DNA of 51,878 nucleotides from Trichinella spiralis (Eukaryota): NCBI RefSeq assembly GCF_000181795.1, contig NW_003526946.1, positions 485,668 to 537,545 of the forward strand, read 5' to 3'. Shown piece by piece: positions 26,731 to 38,642 of this stretch (position 1 is its first letter; each line of letters starts with the position of its first letter). The notes under the pieces were generated by a model. It saw only the letters and a program-made list of their open reading frames with translations, ran no database searches and was not told where the DNA came from. The position numbers and the translations under genes were made by a program.

Positions 26731-28695
26731 AACGTACCAACGTATCCACGTAAGTGCTCAACGAATCGGTCACTTTGCAATTATGAACGCCTTCGAACCA
26801 CTATCAAAATTACAAAATTATTATTATTCATAAATAAATAATTAATAATGAAAAAAATATCCTCCTACCGCCGTACGATGTTTAAGACTATCTTGAACGG
26901 TAATGTCCAAATTGTTGTAAGCTTTTTCAGCGGCTAAATTGATGACATCAAATTTGGAATAAATATCAATGACACGATCATTTTCGTCGACCACCGGAAG
27001 AGCAGAGACCCGAAGTTCGAGCAACTTGCGCAACACTTCAATGAGCGGGGTAACTTTGGTTACCTGAAAATTGTTTAATACAAATAAATGTGAAATTTAT
27101 TCACAATGAAAAACAACAGTAAATTAATTACCGTGTGAATATTCGACCAAGTACCAATACCGAGTTCTTTGGGAGATTTCTTCATGAACGATGGCATAGG
27201 CAGGTCGGGCATCTGAAAATTCCCTCACGCAAAAATAAATATTCTATCACATTGTTGACAAGAATATTTAAAATTTTCAGACAAGAAAAAAAAATTTCAC
27301 TCACATATAGAAATAAAAACTTGAGTATCCGCTTGTGTGTCAGGATGTAAAGTATATTCCCTGAACACGGATCGATCACAGGCAAGCGATGTACCTTTTT
27401 GTTGCAAAGTATATTGACAGCATCAAGTAAACTGAAAATATATGTTTGCTTTTAAAATAATAATATAAAATTTTGAAAAGAAAAATTCTAAAAATTAATT
27501 TCATCACCGTAGAAATAAAATTATCAATTAATTCTGTGTTTACAACAAACAAACAAACAAACAAACAAAAAAATTACCTCGCGGTGGCATCAACAGTGCA
27601 TAGTGGAGCCAAAAAACCAGAATCTCGAAGTTCTTCTATAAAATGGAAAAGTGTAACTAACTTATTAAATTATTATTATAAATATTCAAAAAAATTCTTT
27701 TAAAAAAGATGACGAGTATTCATTTTCAACAAAAAATCATGACGTCAAAACAAATAAAAATAATAAAAGAAGAAAACTTGAGATTGACTGAAAATTAAAC
27801 ATCACATCTTAAATTGACTGACGTCAAAAGCAGTATCATCAGGCATCATTTACTCAATTTCCTCCTCCTGAAGCTAAACCAAACAACTGTGCAGCTAACA
27901 GTATAATATACGACGACGAAGAGGGGTGAGGGTGGAGGGGGCTTTTTCTCCTTTTCAAAAAACTGATTAGAAAAAAAGAAACTTAAATCTCACCACGCCA
28001 AGTAAATATACGATGCTCTTCCAATTCTTTGATATTCTCTTCTCCAGATTTGTAGTATTTTTGCAAAATGCGAATGAAATCCGTGATTGTCAGCATACCA
28101 ACGAACTGTTGCGTCGCATCATCCCACAACGGTGCAGCCCGAACGCTGTTGTAAACCAGAGCAAAAAATGCCTTCTTCACCTGAAGAAATTCCAAGTACT
28201 CAAATTTATTACAAAAAAAACAAATTTAAAAGTAACCAGCCAATAAGAAAATAATTTATTTATTTATAAATAATAACAACAAACTAACAATTCAGAGTTC
28301 AATTTACTAATAAGTTATTATTAAAGTAAATTCACATTGCACAAAGTATAATGTAAAAAAAAATTTCAAATAAATCTCATTCCACATCAATGAGCACATA
28401 TAAAATCAATCAATCAACAAATTGTCAGTTTTTCAATAAATGATATATTTTTATTAATATACTACCGGTGACAATTAACTAATTTTTTTTGAATGTAATT
28501 TACAACAAAATACATCTGCTTGAAATAGAAAAAAAAGCTATTCATTACAAGCGTTGCAACAAAAATAATAATAACAGTAATTTATATAACTCACCGGAAG
28601 TTTCGTGTCGAAAACGACCAACTTTGTACTAGTCGGAATCAAGTCATAGCAGTGGTGAGATTTGATGAACTGCGAGTAGATGAGATCTTGGTTTT
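26448..28695 (-). CDS. PRKAG: 5'-AMP-activated protein kinase gamma subunit, CBS core: exons 28695-28595, 28180-27994, 27635-27578, 27431-27305, 27212-27132, 27063-26869, 26800-26632, 26524-26448
   Basis: [40 protein letters not shown]...[12 protein letters not shown]...[27 protein letters not shown]...[33 protein letters not shown]...EVHRVV...GVVSLSDIL. All junctions are GT-AG and in frame. Confidence 0.96.
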
Positions 28696-29353
28696 CTATT
28701 TTACACAAAACAAAATATGAGAAAGTTGTCCAATTGAAAAATTATTAAATAAAATTGTCAATATGAGCAAGTTTTTTTGAATTGAACAATAATATTTTTT
28801 TGAAATGTCCCCCTTCTGCTTAAATGTATTTCCAATAATTGGTCACACCCAATATAAGAACAACGCAATTCGCTATTACTATATTCTTGCTGGAACAAAA
28901 CCAACTACTGCTGATCGATCTACACTATATTCAAGTTGAAACTTTTCAAAATTAAGCTTTCACTACTGGTTATTTTTATCTATTTTCTGCAATTTCAATT
29001 TTCATCAATCAATCAATCAATATTTTTCACTTTGTCAACTGCTACATTACTAATCACTGAAAATAATTTACACTGGAAAAATGCTGACAGACAAAGAATC
29101 ACTTTGACGGATGGATATAGATTATGCACACTAAAAAATAGAATGTATTACAAATATAGGTGGTTCGTTGATTATCAAAGCTAGGAAAATTCGATTGCTA
29201 CGTATGTTTTTTTTCTATTGATATAATTTTGAAGCAAGTGAAAAAATTTCGAAACCGAATACAAAGACGAATACTTGCAGAAAATTCGACAGTATACGAG
29301 AAAAAAAACAATCAAGATCAATTTCAAAACAATTGTTAAGATTTTCTATTCAC

Positions 29354-30250
29354 CTAATTGACAATGGATGTGACTGAAGAAAGCGAAAAAAGAAACAACA
29401 ACAACAACAATAATAATAATAAAGCCTACAAATCAAAAAAAAATTGACCATTTTCCTTCTCTTGCCCCTCCTGGAAAGAATAAGCAAAAAGAATCAATTA
29501 GTTGACGTAGCTAGCTATAGCCAGCCAACCGTGAAGTGAAGTGAAATAGCTTCCGTTAGTTATGACAGAAAAGTAGGTAGGTGGTGTTTTTATCGACTCG
29601 GCAACTAATAATGGCTAAGCTAAGCTAAGCCCAGCCGAACCGAGCAAATATACACACACAACACTCGCCAACCAACAGTCCACCAACAAACGCACAAGCA
29701 GCTAGCTAGAGCTAGGTAGCTGCTAGCTAGTTGACTAAACTGGCAGCTTGCGCTAGCTAGCACCGGCTAGCTGAAACTTACCACTGAGAAAAAGGTGTCG
29801 GTGACCGACAGCGGAATTGCCGTACGAAACGGCGTTGCCCTTAAAAAAACAAAAAAAAACAATAAGCAATGGAAAATTCCACTCACTGGTATCGGCGGTG
29901 AACGCGAACCACAACGGCGGCCAGCGTGTAAGCCGAGTCTGCTTTGGCACTGTACAATAGGGGCTGGCCTCGAGAAGTGACCGGGCCGCGTCCGCGGTCA
30001 GGGTCATCGAGCCATGAGTGGAATAGTTGGAGCCGAGGTTCACGTCGGCTTCATTCTCAGAACGACTGGCACTATGAGCCCGTTGATGATGCTGCTGCTG
30101 CTGTTGTTGTTGTTGTTGTTCATGAGCATGAGAAGCATGAGAAGCAGAAGCAGCAGTAGAAGAAGAAGGAGAAGGAGTATGAAGCGTGCGCTTGCTGAAC
30201 GGTATTTTCCATTTCCAAGTATTTTTCGATGACTTCTTCTTCGACGACAT
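29354..30250 (-). CDS. PRKAG: AMPK gamma proximal alternative first exon (30250-29887, poly-Q) plus linker exons 29839-29782 and 29373-29354
   Basis: ATG ORF MSSKKKSSKNTWKW...QQQQQQQQQ...FTADT ends in a phase-1 GTGAGT donor. The 58-nt and 20-nt exons restore phase 1 into the CBS1 exon. Confidence 0.6.
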
Positions 30251-33200
30251 TGTTTTTGCAAATTAATTTTCAGCCAAAATCAACCAACCCTACCCTCGGA
30301 AATGAAACATTTATACAGTAGACAAATGCACCCACATACACACACGCAAGAAACTTCACGCGTTCGAAAAATCAATTAAAACGATGAATAATAATTAATA
30401 TGCTGCGTAAGATCAGTATCAGTATGCGTGTGCATGTGCATGTATGTGTGTGATGTGGTCGTGATGTCGTTCGTTTCCTCAAGTATATAAAGTGAATATG
30501 CACGACTTTCCCGCCGGCGTATTATTATCTATAGTTTATTAGCCGTCCGCTATGTGACAAAAAGCAGCAGCTATCATCAACACCACCGGAACGCAGCTAA
30601 TTCCATATTATCGATCGCCGTCCGCCCAAAAAGCACCACCACCCACCATAGCAAAAATAAGCAACTGTCAATTACGGCGAGCAAAAAGCAGAATAATCAA
30701 ATAAACAAACAATTGTGAAAAAGTAAAATTACAATATAAAATGCGGAAGTAAAAATAAAAATAATAATAATAATAACAATTCGTCTTCGTCTATTCAAAC
30801 GAAAATCAAGCTTGCATAAAATAACGAGATTCGAAGTAAAAATATGAAATTAAAAAATCTTTTCTATACGAATGATAAAGTTCGAAAAAAACATCATAAT
30901 CAATTTGTAAACAAGTTGGTATATGAGCAAATTCAAAAAGCCACAAAGCAGTCCAAAAGGCACTCACGCAACAAACAGCCCAACAATAGCCAATACACAC
31001 ACACACACACACACGGCACAACAACAGCAACCGACGGATGGGGCTTAAATAATCGGCGCACAACAACAACGCAACAACCTGCCTGAACGCCTGCTTCGAA
31101 ACGTCCGCCAGGCGGCGCCACAATCGAGGTCAATGACTTACTAACAAACGACGCTTTTTGATTTTAAATTTATAATACACACACACACACACATACACAT
31201 ACACAAGTGCCTCTTCTATTCAATATACAATAATATTCAATGTATAATTATATTTATATATACATGTATGGATACTTATACAACAACAAACAATGAAATT
31301 AACATATACGCGGATATGCACTTACACACACGCATATGTACTAAATATAAACTATTATTAGATTATAAATTAATTTTGTTATTAAAAAAATTCTTGTGCA
31401 TATTAAAACATTATTCATTAATTTTAATACAAATTCCTTACTATTCAACAGAAATGAAAATTAAGTACAAAACATTTGCAATACCAGTTGACACGCAAAA
31501 AACAAAGAGAGAATAATTCAAAAATTTACATTCTCGATTTTTTCTCGATTATCATTCCAACTGAGACAGTATTAAAATTTGAAAAAAAAATTCAAACAAA
31601 TATTTTTATTACATAAAACAATAATAATAGATAAATTATTTTTAAAAAAACTATACAGAATATTTTTAATTTATCAATACAAATTTAATGTCTGCTTTTC
31701 ATTTTCACAGAAAAATGTCGAATAAAATAAATAAATAATACACGTTGACAGATTTAATACACTAATAATTAATGTTACAGTTGTTTGTAAAAAAAAAACA
31801 ATAATACTTCAGAATATTTGACAAAAGAAAAATGCAAAATATTATTTAAAACATAAACATAACTTGATTTCTATACAACAATTCAAATGAACATATTTCG
31901 AACAACTGTATCAATCATCTAATTGATGAACTGTTGATTCTGATCAAAAGTGTTTTCAATGAGGTCATTGAATGATGTTATCATATTTATTAAATACATT
32001 ATTTCTCTTTTCTTACAATTTTTAAATTATTCAATAATAATAATAATAATGAAAAAGAGAACTGAAAAAGAAATAAACGTTTCATAAGTTTAAAGCGAAA
32101 ATTTCAAATAATTTCCCAATTGTTTTATCGATCAGTGTGAGTGGAACGGTTCAGTTACGCAACAATTGAAAAAGCCGAACAAAAATTACTCTTTAATCAA
32201 ATAAGCTGTCAAAACTACTTTAAAATTTTCCAGTTTCTCTGAAAAGTATACACAGAAAAAGGTATGCATGCAATCGTATTAATTAAAACAAATACGTATT
32301 ATTAAAAAAATATATATATATACATATAACTACAATAATGCCTTCATTGCTTTTGTATAATATATTGATTAGAAAGATAGAATATGCATTTTAATTTAAT
32401 TTTATTCATGCACTGGATAAATGGTAAAATAAAAACGTGAACAATTTGTTACTTTATTTGAATTTTCAATGCATTTTAAATAAATACTTTCTTTCTCTTT
32501 TTAAAAAAATACAAACAAACAAAAAAAGAAATTTCATCAACTTTTCACTTTATAGTTCAAAGTAGAAAATTTTCAATCGATCTAAAGTGCAAGTATTGAG
32601 AAAACTGAGTGGATAAAAAAATCAATTTACACAAAAGTGTCGAAAGAACCATTTCAAAATTGATGCCAACAGCAGATATGATGATAATAAAAGTTCATCC
32701 CAAAAGAATAAAAATACACTTTTAATAAATGCATATTCTTTTTCATTGATTTTTTCTGAAATTATTCACACAAACTCTTCCGTTCTACAAATTCCATACA
32801 TGAAAAGCATCATTCAAATAATAAACTACTTGAGAAATAACCACAAGAAAATTAAAAAAAAATACATAATTACAACAAAATATTATTCAAAATAATATCA
32901 GTACTGAAATAGTCAATAAACAGTTTAAAAACAAGAAAAAAAAAGAATTTACACTCTCTTAAGTACATTACAGTAAGTCCCACAATCAGTCGATCAAAAA
33001 TATCAATCTGTTCTTTTTTAAACTTCACGCATACGAAAAGATATTTTAAAATAATGTAATGTATCCTATTTGAAGACGCTTTTACAACAAAATAATAATT
33101 ATTATTTCAAAAATATACCAAATCTAAGATTAATATTTATTTGTACATGATAATTCTTCTCTTCTTTTATTGTCATCATAATAAACATGAACCGTTCACG

Positions 33201-33529
33201 CGATGATCATTAATTGTTGTTTAATTATACTTTTTATTTTTTTTCAAATTATATAATTCAAAATTATTTCATTAAAGTTATCATCTTCAAACTCAACAAA
33301 TGGCACATCAGAAAATGGCAAATTTAGAAATCTCAGAGCACAATCGACAAAAACACTTGCCAAAAAAAGATCCCCAGTGGTGAATTTTTTCATGCTGCAG
33401 TTCATGATAATTTTAAATATGACAAATATCTCTCCTATTGTTGAACCCTGCCGGGATTTTGTGTTTAACAAAATGCAAGCAACAGTAGCAGCAGCAGCAG
33501 CAGCAACAACAGCAACAGCAGACACTCAC

Positions 33530-36500
33530 TGACTGACGATGGACTTTTGTTACAGTTCGCGTTCACCACCTTTGCGTGAGTGAGTAAAAATTCAACAACA
33601 TTAATAATACAGAGAAATTTTAAATTTTACATCACACAATTGTATTAAATATAAAAATAAAAAATAATTTTAGATAATTATTAAGTAAATAATAAACAAG
33701 ATTTGCTTACAGCCTTGTCATGCATTGTTGAAAAAATCGACGCATAACCTGCGAGATGATTCATCTCTGAATAATCTGCAGACAAAGCGGAGAACAATGA
33801 AAGATTGCGTCCTCTCGCCTGCTCTGCAGCAGCAGAAGATTCACTAAGTCTACGATTCCCCTGAACCGCTCTGGAATTACCTGCAAATAAAATTAAAAGT
33901 AAGTATTTGAAATATTTTTCTCTTTAAATTCTTTTTTTTTTTGTTTTGGAAAGTATAAATAATTACAACAATGATAATCAATTATCATGATTGTTTTTTC
34001 TTTTATAAATAATAACAGATAGAAGATTAAAATTTTCATAAACATCGATGAAAATTACATGCTCATCATTTATTTATCTCTTTGAACATTTTTGATGAAA
34101 CATTTGTTGTCAACATTTTAAATTAAATCCAATAAACAATAGGTTATAAATAATAATTGTGAACGAAAAAATTAAGAAAAAAAAATACACACAGAACACA
34201 TCACAAAATCGAATCAACAATATTCAGTTCAGCAAATTCAGTTCAATCAATGCCTGCAGCATTTTGCACATCAGTCATGAATTTCAACCGTATATCATTT
34301 CAATATTTGCAATCGTTATAAGAGATATGATTATAAATTATTTGTTTATAAATTCAACACGGGAAAAAGTTGTTCATTTTCATCACCAATATCAGAAATT
34401 CCCAAATGCAAAATCTCTGCGTTGCTCGCATTGGAATTGTTGGCAGAATTTCAGATGCGTCGTCAAACATGCAATAAATGTGCGCAAATAAAATTGGAAA
34501 CAGTGAAAAAAGTTATATAAAAAAGTTAAAAACAAGAAAAAAAATTCACTGACACTACGTGCACGGACGCTTACATTTTAAATGCAAATTATGCAACACA
34601 TTTCTCTCCGTATGACAAACAACAATCCCTCTATCTATTGTCTAACAACAAATCGAAACATGAGATGGAAAAATGAAAAAGCTAAAAACTATTTATTTAT
34701 TTATTTATTTGTTGATCAGTTTCATAAATTTCATCTGCAATTGTTGAATTTCTTTCATTTTTATATGATTCAAAAAACAAAGTAAAAGTAAACTCCTCGC
34801 GCCAACAATTAATTGAAAACAGCGCAGTATCATTTATAAACGGTTGTTTCATTTTCTGCTTTTATTGGCATTTTTTTTTATTGATTTCCACTTTCGATCT
34901 GCTCGAAATGCTCCTTCGAGCACAATTCACACTGCAATTAACGCGTTCACAAGTGCATTTTGATCGCACTTCAAAAATCACACCATGCACATAAATTTTT
35001 TAATCACAATCATCATGGATGGATAAGTATAATCAACAATAACAACAACAATCTTTAACGCTTCTATTTTATTTCAACTTTATCTTTTGTTTTAATAAAT
35101 ATTCAAAAGTCAAGTTAGTTAATTTATTTAAAAAATTATAAAAATAAATTGCTTTTCAATTAAATTTAACAAACACGTAAACCACTGCACAGTAAATAAA
35201 TTTAAAAAAGCAAAAAAAAACAAAGACGGAAAATATTTGTCGTATTAAAAAAACAAAAAAATAATGTAATCAAAAAATAATAAATAAATGATACCTAGCG
35301 AAGTATAAGCGGCAGAATTGTATTCTTCTGTCATTGGGCAACACTTGAAAAAAGGAACAAAAAACAAAAAGCAGCTTTTCTAAGATTGGACAGTCAAACT
35401 GCGTACCAGATGAACCGCCTGTTCTTGTAGGGTAAATAAAAACGTTCCACGTAATTTAGGGATACGGTAAAAGAGAATTCAAGTTATGACCAGAAAGGCT
35501 CCTGTGAATGTTGGACCCGAAAATTGGATATCGAATGCCATCAAAATTTCAATTCCACCAACAGAGTTGAATTTTTGACGCACAACGACAAACAATCATT
35601 CTCGTCAACAATTAATAAAACACGTCATTTACACGTTTGAATTGATGACCATTTTAAAGATTAAAAGCACAAAAACATACCACTTTTTTCAACGAAAATT
35701 ATTTATAAATTTAAAAAATTGTTATCATAAAAAGTTCCACCGATTCGCTTTTTTTTGAAATTTATTCCAATTGCGTGAATAATACATTCAAATAGATGAA
35801 CAATTAAAAATAAAACTAACCTTTTCTTCGAACAAAAAATTTACAAATTTCACTCATTCGAACAATTTTTACTTCAAGTTATGAATATTTTTTTGTTTTG
35901 TTTTGTTTTGTTTCAAAAACTATTTGATTATTTATTTTATTAATCGTACATAATGATATGAAAATTGTTATCATCTCAAGAGAAGAATACACACAATCGC
36001 TAGCATTTTTGCAAATCATACAAAGGAAAGATAAGAAAAGAAAACAGAACCAAAGTCATATTTTTCGCCATTTGTCAACCAAATATCATTGTATTTTTCA
36101 CATCAGTTCATTTTAAAAAGAATAATGTGAATAGTGAAAATAGAATCAAAAAAGAAGCAAACAAATAATAAAAATCAATTATGTATCAATCAAATTGTAT
36201 AAAAATTACAAATAAACATAAAATTCTTCACCCCAGAAGAAATAATACAAATTTCAAATTATTTTCAGAGTGTGCAAAAAAAATTTACTTTTCAATAATT
36301 TTAAAAATCAGTAGTGGTGGTGGAAAACATTGTTGCTTTTTATTCTATTACTGAACAATTGAATATTTGAATGATTTTATTATTTTCTACTAAAAATAAG
36401 CTTAAAATTTCCGACAATGAAATGCAAACATTGTCAAGATCGTTTGATTAACAATTACGCGCAAGCTTATTAAATGAAGAAGCAAACAAATTCAAGTCAA

Positions 36501-37686
36501 GCACCAGTTTTCTGGTCCATAACATCATCAGCGATGTACGTCAGAGAAGAAATGAACCAAAATTATCAAATTACAGAACACAGATTCTCAAGTAATGATA
36601 AACCGAACAGGACAGCGTATTTCATTTAAGTTTCATTTAAATTTCTCATACACTTTATTGGATTAATGATTTTTTTAATATTAAAAAAACAAATATATAT
36701 ATATATTATTGATAATTAATTGTAAAATTATTGTTTTTCAACAGATCAAAGTGTCATTAAGTGTCGTAAATAGATAAATAAATAAATAAATAAATAAAAT
36801 TTCACACTTTACCCAAAGTTGGTGGACCAGAAGAGGGACAACTGCATGGAAATAATTTTTTCGCCTAAAGATGAAAAATGATGATCAAGTAGCATGTAGA
36901 AATGATACAGTATGGAGAGTAGAGTAAATTTTTTAAAAAAAAGAACAAATTGGTGCTCTTACACGACATTTCACGTGTCCGTCGACGCCGGTAAATCTGC
37001 GTCCAGTTGTGGACAAAGCGTCGCTGAAGCACGAGTCGAGCAGGCAAGGGGATGTGACGTCGTTGGCGAGATTCGTGTCGACGTAGAGGGGCTGCTGGTC
37101 AGCGAGCCGGACAAGTGGTACTGGAGGGGGGCAGGGCACCGTGCACGACGAAGAATTGCGGCGACGTTCCACAGCGGCTTTCAACTTCATGCCGGCCAAA
37201 TTCCACTGCTGCCGACAGTCGGTACGGTGGTAGTTGACCGCGTTGGATGTGACCGTCGCGTAGCAGCGTTGTTGCTCGTCGTCGCCACCGCCCTTCGCTG
37301 TTGGCTCTTGGCCACGGGAGGCAATGTCCGATTTGGACCGTGGTCGAAATTGGTCGCACAAAAATTGACCAAACTTTTTCGTCGAACTTTCACCTTTCCC
37401 TCGACTGGGACAAATGGAAAATTAATTATTAAATTTCAATTGGTCCAATTGAAACACAACACAACACCACACCATACCAGTCTGCATCGTCCAATTTTCG
37501 ACCACTTCGAAAAGCTTTGAAATTCGGCATGAAGCTGAACCGACGCCCAGTGACAACTTGGCCGTTGCCTTGGGACTTGGTCGACGACCGCTTTTCGAAC
37601 CGCTGCTCAGCAGTAGCGCAGTCGATGGCGCCGCCGCTGTTCACCAAATCAGCGGACTCCAATTTCACCAATGGTCGTCGATGCAT
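33530..37686 (-). CDS. PRKAG: AMPK gamma long-isoform N-terminal exons: 37686-37478, 37404-36963, 36864-36813, 33880-33711, 33569-33530; alternative first exon 35334-35295
   Basis: GC-rich exons with canonical splice sites chain in frame: MHRRPLVKLESADL...CDQFRPRSKSDIAS...GNRRLSESS...NKSPSSV. The FRPRSKSD motif recalls long invertebrate SNF4A-gamma N-termini (from memory, not a search). Confidence 0.6.
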
Positions 37687-38282
37687 CCGCACAGCCGAAC
37701 TAAAGTGTTACAAGGGCAACCGACCGGCGGATATAACCACAATTGCAAACCGCTTCCGAAGACATGCATGCAGCCAACCAATTGGCAATTCTGAAACCAA
37801 TTACCACCACAGCGGTGCAATAAACAAACAATCAGACAAACAAACAAACAAACAAATAAACAACAAAACCGGATTACTTGAATACAACTGGTTAGACAAA
37901 ACAGTTTCCACAAAGAAATAAATAAACAATGGGAATTGGTTTCTTTGATGAGCTTGTTATTGAATAATTAAAAAAAATTCGTCCTCTAAATTTGATACCA
38001 ATTTTAATCAAAAATCTGTCATCACTTTCACTCTCACTGCCTGTGCTTGGAGTGCATATCAATTCCATATATCAAGAAGCAACAAAGTTGGAGAAAAGAA
38101 CAAAAGATTGCATGCATTCATCAGAACAACAACAACAACAAATGCAAAATGTTTCAAAAATATCATAAATAAATAATTACTGCACAAAGTAAAGTGAAAA
38201 CAAACTAATAGATATATGCATAATTTATGTTGTACTCACACGCAATGTTGGCTCTGGTATGTGTATATGTTGTAATGTTGAC

Positions 38283-38642
38283 TCAACCACCGCTCACTGG
38301 AGGTATGACGGCCACTTCCACCCCTTGGAACAAATGCACCTCGTCATCAAAGCGAACGTAATCTGAATTGACCGCAATTAGCAATGTTGAAGCGATCGGT
38401 CGAAGGGAGGGGAATTTTTCAACAATTAAAGCTTTCAAATCAGCGCCATACATTGGACGAACGGATTGGTGGAAAAGCGGCTTTTCCAATTCAAGCGAAC
38501 AACTGCTCAAGCCGGTCAATTCACGAGCTTGGGCAAAGAATAAAATTTGCACAATTAATTTCGACCCGGAGTCTGTAATGTCGTTGGAATTTTGAACAGA
38601 AAACCCTTCTTTTCCATTATTCCAACAATCATCCGCTTCCAT
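38283..38642 (-). CDS. MOCS2A: Molybdopterin synthase sulfur carrier (small) subunit, MoaD/ThiS family
   Basis: VQILFFAQARELTG...LIAVNSDYV...VEVAVIPPVSGG*, with the C-terminal di-glycine; single coding exon. Confidence 0.95.
   Translation of the reverse strand: MEADDCWNNGKEGFSVQNSNDITDSGSKLIVQILFFAQARELTGLSSCSLELEKPLFHQSVRPMYGADLKALIVEKFPSLRPIASTLLIAVNSDYVRFDDEVHLFQGVEVAVIPPVSGG

Noticed and set aside
36912..37921. 202-aa and 134-aa + strand ORFs
   Set aside because: They are antisense to the phase-consistent minus-strand AMPK-gamma exons and cross their introns.
38368..38595. Overlapping MOCS2B frame as in human MOCS2
   Set aside because: No MoaE-like motifs were found in any frame near MOCS2A; the listed ORFs are antisense shadows.
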